NCBI GenBank assembly: GCA_964621595.1
Contig: CAZUPO010000001.1
Span: 142,758-206,757 of the forward strand
Origin: an uncultured Candidatus Saccharibacteria bacterium
GTDB lineage: Bacteria > Patescibacteriota > Minisyncoccia > Phycocordibacterales > UBA5272
DNA length: 64,000 bases
Direction: 5' to 3'
Made by a program: the position numbers and the translations under genes. Below the pieces are notes generated by a model. It saw only the letters and a list, made by a program, of their open reading frames with translations, ran no database searches and was not told where the DNA came from. Positions 40,845 to 48,539 of the stretch are shown here, in pieces; position 1 is the first letter of the stretch; each line of letters starts with the position of its first letter.

Positions 40845-41480
40845 CTACATTTCGTGAAAGAGTACAATCTCAGAAACCTTTCCATCTATGTCCTTTTTCT
40901 TGATCGTTAATTTCTCAACAGGTTCTACTTTTTCTGCTCCCGCTTCTTTCAAAAATACCGGCAACGATCGCTCGTCGTAATCCATAGGAATGATCAACTT
41001 TGGCTCAAGAGATACCGCGAGTTTGTGCGCATCGTATGGATTAAGGAGGAACGTGTCAGATCCCACAGGAACAAAGAGTATGTCTGTTTCGTCTATAATT
41101 TCTTTGTGTTCTGGATCAAGCATATGGTTGATTGCACCCAAGAATGTCACACGCATGGAATCAATAGTAAACACATAACTTGTGTTTTGATACTTGTTTT
41201 CCTTCTTTCCTTCTGGGAGAGTTGTCGTGGTACCGAATCCTTTTATAAAAATCTCTTTTACTTCGTATTCACCAGGTGATGAGATGACGAATGGTACTTT
41301 TTCTCCATGTTCAGTCTGCTCACTACCATTATAGTCTGGGTGATTAGTTGTGATGAGCGTAATGTCTGCACCGTATTTTGCAACCTTACCTTTCCCCTCC
41401 TTAGACACTGGATTGATCGCAACCGTGAGATCCCCGACTTGAAGTTTAAAATGTTGTCGCCCGAAATTAGTGATAATCAT
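40845..41480 (-). CDS. MBL-fold metallo-hydrolase-like protein
   Basis: MIIT.FG...F, INP, ADI.LIT..HPDYN, PGEYEV, DILFVPVG, LEPK.IIPM.Y. Confidence 0.75.
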   Translation of the reverse strand: MIITNFGRQHFKLQVGDLTVAINPVSKEGKGKVAKYGADITLITTNHPDYNGSEQTEHGEKVPFVISSPGEYEVKEIFIKGFGTTTTLPEGKKENKYQNTSYVFTIDSMRVTFLGAINHMLDPEHKEIIDETDILFVPVGSDTFLLNPYDAHKLAVSLEPKLIIPMDYDERSLPVFLKEAGAEKVEPVEKLTIKKKDIDGKVSEIVLFHEM

Positions 41481-41510
41481 GCGAAAAATAATACCAGATT
41501 TTTGAGAATT

Positions 41511-41769
41511 AAAAAAGCCCCGCGAGAACTTCGATAAAGAGGTGACTCTGTATACGACTACAGAAACATCTTTTAGAGCGGAGTCTGCGAGACAGTGTGT
41601 GGTGGTCTCTCCCCAACGAACCCGGAGGTTCGCTGGGGAGGAACACCTGGTGCTATACAACTCGGCACGGCGATGATTGGGATCACCTGTCATCGAGGGC
41701 GTGAGCCTCAGTCCGCGGGAGTATTGTTCCCGCAAACCCTTGCCTAGATCAATCACACCAGACCAACCA
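41511..41769 (-). ncRNA. Candidate structured ncRNA 3 (about 255 nt)
   Basis: TTGCAT-18-TACGAT with extended TG; several GC hairpins including 14-bp stem 41609-41640 with a G-U pair on the minus strand; ends GCGGGGC-TTTTTT. Confidence 0.6.
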
Positions 41770-41979
41770 ACCAGAATCGTACCATATTAGTTGCTTTTTA
41801 TGCAAAAATCGGGTAGTATCATCATATCCACATTAATAAGTAATGTTGGCGGAAATAACCCTTGCTACCACCGGATTAGAGCGTGTACAGTAAAACTAAA
41901 CACTCTATAGTCCGGTCGCAAGACACCGCAAACACTGGGGTATGGTATATGTCCACCTCGTGTGGACCATTTTATTTTT

Positions 41980-43047
41980 ATGACAATTACACAACAAGTA
42001 GCACCGTTTGCAGAAGGTGCAGTCTTCTTCAAAGAAGACGACATCATCGAAGGTATTGTTGTTGCCATTGAAAAGGCAGCACTCTACGTAGACTTAGGTG
42101 GTCGTGGTACCGGTATCATCTATGGTATCGAGTTCATGAACGCACGTGATGTTATCAAGCGTATTAATATTGGAGACACAATCTCAGCAAAGGTTGTACT
42201 CCGTGAAAATAAAGACGGCTATACAGAACTTTCTCTCAAGGAAGCTCGTCAGGCGCTCATGTGGAATGACGCAGAACAAGCAATCAAAGAAAAGAGAGTT
42301 ATGGATCTTGTCGTTAAGGATGCAAACAAGGGTGGTCTTATTATCGAGTGGCAAGGTATTGGAGGATTCCTTCCAGCATCTCAATTGAAAGAAGAAAACT
42401 ATCCACGTATCGAGGATGGTGACAAGGATAAAATCCTTCGTGAACTCAAGAAACTTATCGGTAAGCGTATTTCAGTAAGTATCATTTCTGCAATTCCAAA
42501 GGAAGGTAAGCTTATCTTCTCAGAAAAAGATAGTGGTGCTAAGGAAACAAAAGAAATCGCTGCGGCAAACTACATTCTCGGTGATGTTGTTGAAGGAACT
42601 GTTACCGGTGTTGTTGATTTCGGAATCTTTATCAAACTCGAAGACGGTGTTGAAGGACTCGTTCATAAGAGTGAAATTGACTGGGGTCTTGTTGAGGATA
42701 CCAAGGCACACGCTCGTGTAGGAGACAAGGTAAAGGCTAAGATCATCGAGATCAAGGATAGTAAGATTTCTCTATCTCTTAAGGCTCTTAAAGAGAACCC
42801 TTGGAAGGAGGCTGCGAAGAAATACAAGAAGGGTGACAAGGTTGACGGTGTTGTTATCAAGTTCAACAAGCACGGCGCACTTGTATCTATCGAGGAAGGT
42901 GTAGCGGGTCTTGTTCATATCTCTGAATTTGGAGATGAAGCAAAATTGCGCGAAGCATTAACCCTTGGAAAGAGTTACAAGTTTGCAATCACACTCTTTG
43001 ACGGATCTGAGGAAAGAATGACTCTTGCTTTCGACGGAAAGAAATAA
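41980..43047 (+). CDS. rpsA: 30S ribosomal protein S1
   Basis: Four S1 repeats (GFLPASQL, GLVHKSEI, GLVHISE). Confidence 0.93.
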   Translation: MTITQQVAPFAEGAVFFKEDDIIEGIVVAIEKAALYVDLGGRGTGIIYGIEFMNARDVIKRINIGDTISAKVVLRENKDGYTELSLKEARQALMWNDAEQAIKEKRVMDLVVKDANKGGLIIEWQGIGGFLPASQLKEENYPRIEDGDKDKILRELKKLIGKRISVSIISAIPKEGKLIFSEKDSGAKETKEIAAANYILGDVVEGTVTGVVDFGIFIKLEDGVEGLVHKSEIDWGLVEDTKAHARVGDKVKAKIIEIKDSKISLSLKALKENPWKEAAKKYKKGDKVDGVVIKFNKHGALVSIEEGVAGLVHISEFGDEAKLREALTLGKSYKFAITLFDGSEERMTLAFDGKK

Positions 43048-43062
43048 AAAGAATCATCTATA

Positions 43063-43102
43063 TAACAAAAACCAGTGCCACATGTGGCACTGGTTTTTGT
43101 TA
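43063..43102. terminator. Bidirectional terminator (40-nt perfect palindrome)
   Basis: TAACAAAAACCAGTGCCACA/TGTGGCACTGGTTTTTGTTA between convergent genes. Confidence 0.85.
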
Positions 43103-43125
43103 GTACACACATACACGTAAAGATC

Positions 43126-43377
43126 CTACTGTAGCACCCTGGGTATCTTCTCACCCTTGTCACGAAGAGGTCCGATGATGAAGTACTCATCCCCTACCCG
43201 AATCGTCCCGTGCGCGATTACATCTCGATCATCAACACTACTTACAAAATAATCTGTATCTCCAACTGGTCTGCGCAATGATCCAGGAGCAACTGGTGGC
43301 CTCTCTGTGAGGATTGCTTCTTTTGCGAGATCTTGGATACGTTGTGAGAGTCTGATCTCTGGTGAAAATTCCTTCAT
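43126..43377 (-). CDS. Hypothetical protein, 83 aa
   Basis: TGaTATACT 7 nt upstream of ATG. Confidence 0.65.
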   Translation of the reverse strand: MKEFSPEIRLSQRIQDLAKEAILTERPPVAPGSLRRPVGDTDYFVSSVDDRDVIAHGTIRVGDEYFIIGPLRDKGEKIPRVLQ

Positions 43378-43390
43378 ACTATAGAGTATA

Positions 43391-44368
43391 TCAAGATACG
43401 GTTAATGATCTATACAACTGTTCAACTGTCTCCTTGAGAGCTTGTAATTCCTTATCTTTTGATTCTCGTATTGTTGTGGTACCTTCGTATGCAAGAAGTG
43501 ATCCATCTACATGCTCGGATTCGTCTATATCTTTTGGCGAATGAACAGTTTTACCAAAATCAATGACAAATACCTCACCAGTGTTGTCGATCATAATATT
43601 TCCTGGATGAATATCGCCATGGATAATTTCTTGTTCTGTGTGCATTTTTGTAAAAAACGTTTCAAGTGTTGCCAAAAGATTTTCTTGGCCAATAGTATGC
43701 AACATCTCGACTAAGCGTTGACGATCCTCAAAAGAAAGACCCTGTTTCTTTTCGATGATATCTTTAAAGGAAGCACCTTTGACTCGCTCCATTGCAATGA
43801 AGTATGGTGGTGTGTCGGTACGAAATGCATAAAGATACGGAACTTGCACAAACTCATGTGAAAAACCATGCAATTGTTCCAAGAAGCCAACTTCTTTTTT
43901 TACAGCATCACGATGTTGTTTTATGTTATCTTGCTCAAAAGGAAACTTAAGCGCTACTGAAGAAGTCTCTGGGTCTTCTGTTACTTGCGCATACTTACCT
44001 GCACCAAGTTCCACAAAATTACCCCTGTCTCCTGTCAAAACTATCAGCGTTTCTAAAATCCGATCTTTCACCGCTTGCGGTAAAGACATATACTCGATAT
44101 CTCCAATAATACTTTGTCGTTTTCGTTTTTCTATAACTTCCCCAAGTTTCTTACCTTTTTCTTCAACTGACAATCCTTTCTCCTCGTTGTTGAAACGAGC
44201 AACCCAGAACTTAACAAGATCAACTGGCAATTCTCTAAACAATACCTCCAACTCTTCGTGCCCCTCATCTAGTTCTGTGAGCGCACGCTGTAGTGCATCT
44301 TCTTCGGAGGAGACCTGCTCTACTATTGTCTCGTTCGTTGGTACTGGTGGCCTTGATCCTAGGTACAT
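43391..44368 (-). CDS. Protein-kinase-like fold protein
   Basis: LGAGKYAQV, VALK, KEV, MERV.G, HGDIHPGNIM, IDFG. Confidence 0.85.
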   Translation of the reverse strand: MYLGSRPPVPTNETIVEQVSSEEDALQRALTELDEGHEELEVLFRELPVDLVKFWVARFNNEEKGLSVEEKGKKLGEVIEKRKRQSIIGDIEYMSLPQAVKDRILETLIVLTGDRGNFVELGAGKYAQVTEDPETSSVALKFPFEQDNIKQHRDAVKKEVGFLEQLHGFSHEFVQVPYLYAFRTDTPPYFIAMERVKGASFKDIIEKKQGLSFEDRQRLVEMLHTIGQENLLATLETFFTKMHTEQEIIHGDIHPGNIMIDNTGEVFVIDFGKTVHSPKDIDESEHVDGSLLAYEGTTTIRESKDKELQALKETVEQLYRSLTVS

Positions 44369-44371
44369 AAC

Positions 44372-44911
44372 TTATGACTTTGCATTATATAGTTCCATCG
44401 CTTTTTTATATCCATCGTGTACGAGCGTAGATATTGCACCTAGTAACATCGGAGCAAGTGTCCTTAATGCAACTTGCTCTTCGTCTGTTAGAATGCCAAG
44501 TACATATTTCTGCACATCCTCGCCGTGTGGCGGAATGATTTCCTTTCCATCGGTTTCTTTTGGTGCAATACCAACGCGTATGCGAGTAAATTCAGTTGTC
44601 CCAAGAGATTCAATCACACTTTTGACACCGTTATGTCCTCCATCGCCCCTGTCGTGCGCAATACGCAAACGACCAAACGGAATATCTTTGTCATCGTAGA
44701 TAAGGACAATATCTCTGTCTTCATGATAGCGCAGATATTCTGCGACTTCTCTACCGCTTTCATTCATAAAACTCTTAGGAGTAAATATCTCCACTCCTTC
44801 CATCTTTCGTATCTCTTCTTCAACAAGAGTAAGAGCAACTCGTCCCGCGTTGTGACGAGTGTGTGCATATTTTTCTCCTGGATTACCAAGTGGGACAAGC
44901 GTATATATCAT
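44372..44911 (-). CDS. pth: Peptidyl-tRNA hydrolase
   Basis: LGNPG..Y..TRHNAG, FMNESG, GGHNG, RIRVGI. Confidence 0.95.
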   Translation of the reverse strand: MIYTLVPLGNPGEKYAHTRHNAGRVALTLVEEEIRKMEGVEIFTPKSFMNESGREVAEYLRYHEDRDIVLIYDDKDIPFGRLRIAHDRGDGGHNGVKSVIESLGTTEFTRIRVGIAPKETDGKEIIPPHGEDVQKYVLGILTDEEQVALRTLAPMLLGAISTLVHDGYKKAMELYNAKS

Positions 44912-45008
44912 TGTTGTGAGCCAGTATATCAAATACTAAACAACTCGCTGCGAATAATCATCTCAAAAGTTGCGCGCTTCCTTACCAATCTATATACTAC
45001 AAATCACA

Positions 45009-45737
45009 ATGTTTTCTTCTTTGACTACCGAACTCCTGATCTCATTTGCAGATGTTCTCCAAAATCCAGTCTCTACGACAATATTTGGAATCATACTTCT
45101 TCTTGTCGTCTTACTTATCCTTGCAATATTCTCTTCAGGGTGGAGAGATCGTCTCATTGCCATAAAACTCCTTGAGGAAGATGAATCCCCTCTGTCGCTA
45201 CTTGTATGGATTATTTCCATTGTCATTGTAGTAAAAATCATTCAAGCCTTTATAATTCAGCCATTTATTGTTGATGGTGGATCCATGCTTCCTACCTATC
45301 ACACGAAAGATTTTCTTATCGTTGATAAATTAAGTTATGCGGTTGGAGAACCTCATCGTGGAGATATTATGATTTTCAAACTATACGAAAATAAAAATAA
45401 TCCATATGAAGGAAAGCACCTTATCAAGCGTTTGATTGGATTACCGGGAGAACGTGTTGTTGTTCAAAATGGTGTCACTACTATTTATAATAAAGAAAAT
45501 CCTGAAGGATTCACTCTTGATGAATCCTACGTGGAATTCAAAGAGTACCGAAAAAATGTTGATCTAACCCTCGATGAAAACCATTATTTTGTCATGGGTG
45601 ATAACCGTGCACAAAGTTACGATAGTCGTGACTGGGGACCACTTGATAAAGATAATGTGAAAGGTCAAGTACTGCTTCGCGTTTATCCATTTAAGTCCGC
45701 TGCTTACGAACCAGGGCAATACATGTATACTAAGTAA
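45009..45737 (+). CDS. lepB: Signal peptidase I
   Basis: GGSMLPT, IKRLIGLPGE, YFVMGDNR..S.DSR.WG. Confidence 0.95.
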   Translation: MFSSLTTELLISFADVLQNPVSTTIFGIILLLVVLLILAIFSSGWRDRLIAIKLLEEDESPLSLLVWIISIVIVVKIIQAFIIQPFIVDGGSMLPTYHTKDFLIVDKLSYAVGEPHRGDIMIFKLYENKNNPYEGKHLIKRLIGLPGERVVVQNGVTTIYNKENPEGFTLDESYVEFKEYRKNVDLTLDENHYFVMGDNRAQSYDSRDWGPLDKDNVKGQVLLRVYPFKSAAYEPGQYMYTK

Positions 45738-45758
45738 CAACACCACAAGAACAAACGT

Positions 45759-47066
45759 ATGAGCGACACACTAAAAAAAGATAAGAAAGAAGCACCACAA
45801 TCATTGAAGGGAATGCATGATCTTCTTGGCGATGATTACTACGCGTACCAAGGTCTTTTTGAAAAGGCACAAGAAATTGCCGTGTATTATGGTTTCAAAC
45901 CACTTGAAACGCCAGTTCTTGAACGAGAAGAGGTCTTCGTCTCTGCTATCGGAGAAGGAACTGATGTCGTTGATAAAGAAATGTATACCTTTCGAACAAA
46001 AGGCGGTGAACGTATTGCGGTGCGACCAGAATATACGGCGTCAGTAATGCGATCATATCTCGAACATGGCATGCAGAATCTCCCTCAACCTGTCATGCTC
46101 TACTCATACGGACCAATTTTCCGCCATGAGAATCCACAAAAAGGTCGTCTTCGTCAATTTAGACAATTCAACTTGGAAATTATTGGAACACAGAAGTCTA
46201 TTGCGGATGCCCTCATCATACGTACTCTCACCACTATTCTTGAAGAATATGGTTTCAAAGATTTAATTGTTGATATTAACTCGATGGGTGACAAGGAGAC
46301 TCGCCCAACATTTGTACGTGAACTTACTAACTACTACAAAAAGCATGTAACCTCTCTCTGCAAGGATTGTCACGAAAGAATCAAGACCAACCCCCTTCGC
46401 CTTCTTGATTGCAAGCAACCAGAGTGTCAGCCGTTTAAAGATAATGCTCCTTCTTCACTTTCATACCTTTCTAACGATGCGCGCAACCACTTCAAAGAAG
46501 TCCTCCAGTACCTTGAAGAAATGGGCATCCAGTACCGTGTAAATAATTCTCTCGTTCGAGGCTTGGATTACTACTCACGTACGGTGTTTGAAGTGATTAA
46601 GGTTGACACTGACGAAAATGGAAAGGAGCGAGAAATAACTATAACCGGTGGCGGACGTTATGACTACCTTGCAAAGATGATGGGTAGTAAAAAAGATGTC
46701 CCTTCTGTCGGTACTGCACTTGGTATGGAACGCATCATGATGTTCCCTGAATGCAAGCGTCTCTCTCCACGCATCATGAAGCCACCCAAAGTGTATTTCA
46801 TCCAACTTGGATTCGAAGCAAAACTAAAAAGCCTCTGTATCATGGAAACGCTTCGTAAAGCACGTGTTCCTATATACCAATCACTTTCGAAGGATTCACT
46901 CTCTGTACAACTTGGTCTTGCAGAAAAAATGGAAATACCTTACTGCATTATCTTTGGTCAAAAAGAAGCGATGGACAACACGGTGATCGTTCGTAACATG
47001 TCTAACCACTCACAAGACACGGTCAAAATCGACGCCCTCTCCGATTATTTGAAGCATTTGAAATAG
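45759..47066 (+). CDS. hisS: Histidine--tRNA ligase
   Basis: RPEYTA, FRHENPQKGRLRQF, LVRGLDYY, GGGRYD. Confidence 0.97.
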   Translation: MSDTLKKDKKEAPQSLKGMHDLLGDDYYAYQGLFEKAQEIAVYYGFKPLETPVLEREEVFVSAIGEGTDVVDKEMYTFRTKGGERIAVRPEYTASVMRSYLEHGMQNLPQPVMLYSYGPIFRHENPQKGRLRQFRQFNLEIIGTQKSIADALIIRTLTTILEEYGFKDLIVDINSMGDKETRPTFVRELTNYYKKHVTSLCKDCHERIKTNPLRLLDCKQPECQPFKDNAPSSLSYLSNDARNHFKEVLQYLEEMGIQYRVNNSLVRGLDYYSRTVFEVIKVDTDENGKEREITITGGGRYDYLAKMMGSKKDVPSVGTALGMERIMMFPECKRLSPRIMKPPKVYFIQLGFEAKLKSLCIMETLRKARVPIYQSLSKDSLSVQLGLAEKMEIPYCIIFGQKEAMDNTVIVRNMSNHSQDTVKIDALSDYLKHLK

Positions 47067-47155
47067 CATTTCTTTTGCGTTAGACTCTACTTCAGAACGA
47101 GATAGACTCTACGAATATCCCGCAGTACAACCAGACTTTCAGAAGGGAGTGCGCC

Positions 47156-47671
47156 ATGATGGTCCCGGTCAACCCTATCCCCTTGGGGAGAGGGCTCTTG
47201 TTCCAAGTCTGCCTCCTCCACTGGGTGCGCGAGCGCTCGGTGGTAGGAAAGTTCGTGTTCGCAAGGACAAGCGATCACTACATCAGCCTCAGCGTGATCG
47301 AGAAGATCGATGTGAAGCGTAATTGGATCGGATTCCGCGCTTTCGCCAGTGCGTCGCAGACTTCCTCTGGAGGGTTCTCCGCGGAAGTAACCACACGAGG
47401 GACGCCTCCGTTGCAGCACCTTCTCCGGAGGAAACCCACGAGGAAACTCTACGGTGCGACTGGCACCCGTTCCTTCGTGATCAACTGCTATAAGCCGGGA
47501 CGAAACGAGGATCCGCTGGAAACCTTCTGCAAGGTAATTGCCGGCTACGAGTGGCTTCCGAAGAACTACCGGAAATCCCTCATCGAGGACATGCCTCTTT
47601 ACCTTAAGAGGTGCGCGGACCACATCAAGCGCACCGGCCCGAAGAAGGAACGCTCGAGAAGGAAGTCCTGA
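47156..47671 (+). CDS. Orphan basic protein, 171 aa
   Basis: TTGAAA-17-TAGACT promoter (47058-47086), AAGGGAG SD, C/G-ending codons, long hairpin after stop. Confidence 0.7.
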   Translation: MMVPVNPIPLGRGLLFQVCLLHWVRERSVVGKFVFARTSDHYISLSVIEKIDVKRNWIGFRAFASASQTSSGGFSAEVTTRGTPPLQHLLRRKPTRKLYGATGTRSFVINCYKPGRNEDPLETFCKVIAGYEWLPKNYRKSLIEDMPLYLKRCADHIKRTGPKKERSRRKS

Positions 47672-47687
47672 GGCGATCGGCACAAAT

Positions 47688-47743
47688 CGGCCGCGGAGCA
47701 ACAACAACGTGATGTTGAAGTTGCCCCGCGGCCGGCTGTTTTT
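47688..47743 (+). terminator. Long interrupted GC hairpin plus T tract
   Basis: CGGCCGCGG-a-GCAAC...GTTGC-c-CCGCGGCCG then TTTTT. Confidence 0.75.
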
Positions 47744-47843
47744 ATATAGCAAACTATCTACAAGATAAGGCCCCTACTCCATTGCTGTTAATCGTAGAGA
47801 CCCTTTTCTTTTTATTATTTTTATGTTAGAATTGTCCCTACAT

Positions 47844-48092
47844 ATGTCAAACATAAACGTAGAGGTAAAGAAAAACGCAAACGAAAATGCACTTTCGCTC
47901 ATCCGTCGTTTCCAGAAGCGCGTTCAAGAATCAGGTGTGCTTCCTCGTGTTCGTGGCATTCGTTACAACGAACGAGTTCAAAGTGACTTGAAAGTAAAGC
48001 GTGCTCGCCTAAAGAAACTTACAAACCTTGAAAAATACCTAGTTGCGAAGCGCATGGGTAAGGTAATAGAGAAGAAGCGAGGACGAAAATAA
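47844..48092 (+). CDS. rpsU: 30S ribosomal protein S21-like
   Basis: VEVKK..NE....LIRRFQKRVQESGVL; small and basic. Confidence 0.75.
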   Translation: MSNINVEVKKNANENALSLIRRFQKRVQESGVLPRVRGIRYNERVQSDLKVKRARLKKLTNLEKYLVAKRMGKVIEKKRGRK

Positions 48093-48098
48093 TCTAGT

Positions 48099-48539
48099 AT
48101 GGCATTCCGTGAGTTCAAGAATCTCACTATAGTCCGTAAAAATGGCCCGATCCCTGTCGTGCCATTTTTGCGTATGAAGGAGTTAATTCTGGGTAAACAG
48201 TATGCCCTTACAATTATTTTTGCCCGACCAGAGGAAGTTCGCGTTCGTAATAAAGAGTATCGCGGAAAAGATTACACCACCAATGTCCTTTCCTTTCCTC
48301 TATCAGAAACTGAAGGTGAGGTCTATATATCTCTCTCAAAAGTACGATCAGGCGCAAAAGATTTTGACATGTCGTACCAAGAATTCCTTCATTTCCTTCT
48401 CATTCATGGAATGCTTCATTTGAAAGGATACGATCATAGTAGTACAATGGAGAAACTAGAGGGAAACTACCTCAAGAAATTTTTCCGTGGCACGCACTAC
48501 AAAAGAAATGATCGTGGGACTAGACATCGGGAGCGGTAG
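48099..48539 (+). CDS. ybeY: rRNA maturation endoribonuclease YbeY
   Basis: N..YRGKD..TNVLSF, HGMLHLKGYDH. Confidence 0.93.
   Translation: MAFREFKNLTIVRKNGPIPVVPFLRMKELILGKQYALTIIFARPEEVRVRNKEYRGKDYTTNVLSFPLSETEGEVYISLSKVRSGAKDFDMSYQEFLHFLLIHGMLHLKGYDHSSTMEKLEGNYLKKFFRGTHYKRNDRGTRHRER

Noticed and set aside
41481-41756. 92-codon N-terminal extension of the MBL protein
   Set aside because: Runs through a hairpin-rich region ending in a terminator-like T tract; the MBL gene has its own -10 box at 7 nt.
11280-47743. Prophage or integron explanation for the GC-rich cassettes
   Set aside because: Units are dispersed singly, carry their own promoters, and their hairpins share no sequence or attC-type GTTRRRY/RYYYAAC ends that I could find; no phage genes are visible.
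47087-47752. 221-aa minus-strand ORF
   Set aside because: Antisense shadow typical of GC-rich DNA; the plus-strand ORF has the promoter, SD and terminator.
48487-48539. 53-nt ybeY/ftsA overlap
   Set aside because: Both proteins keep their core motifs; best explained by compaction or a drifted ybeY stop.
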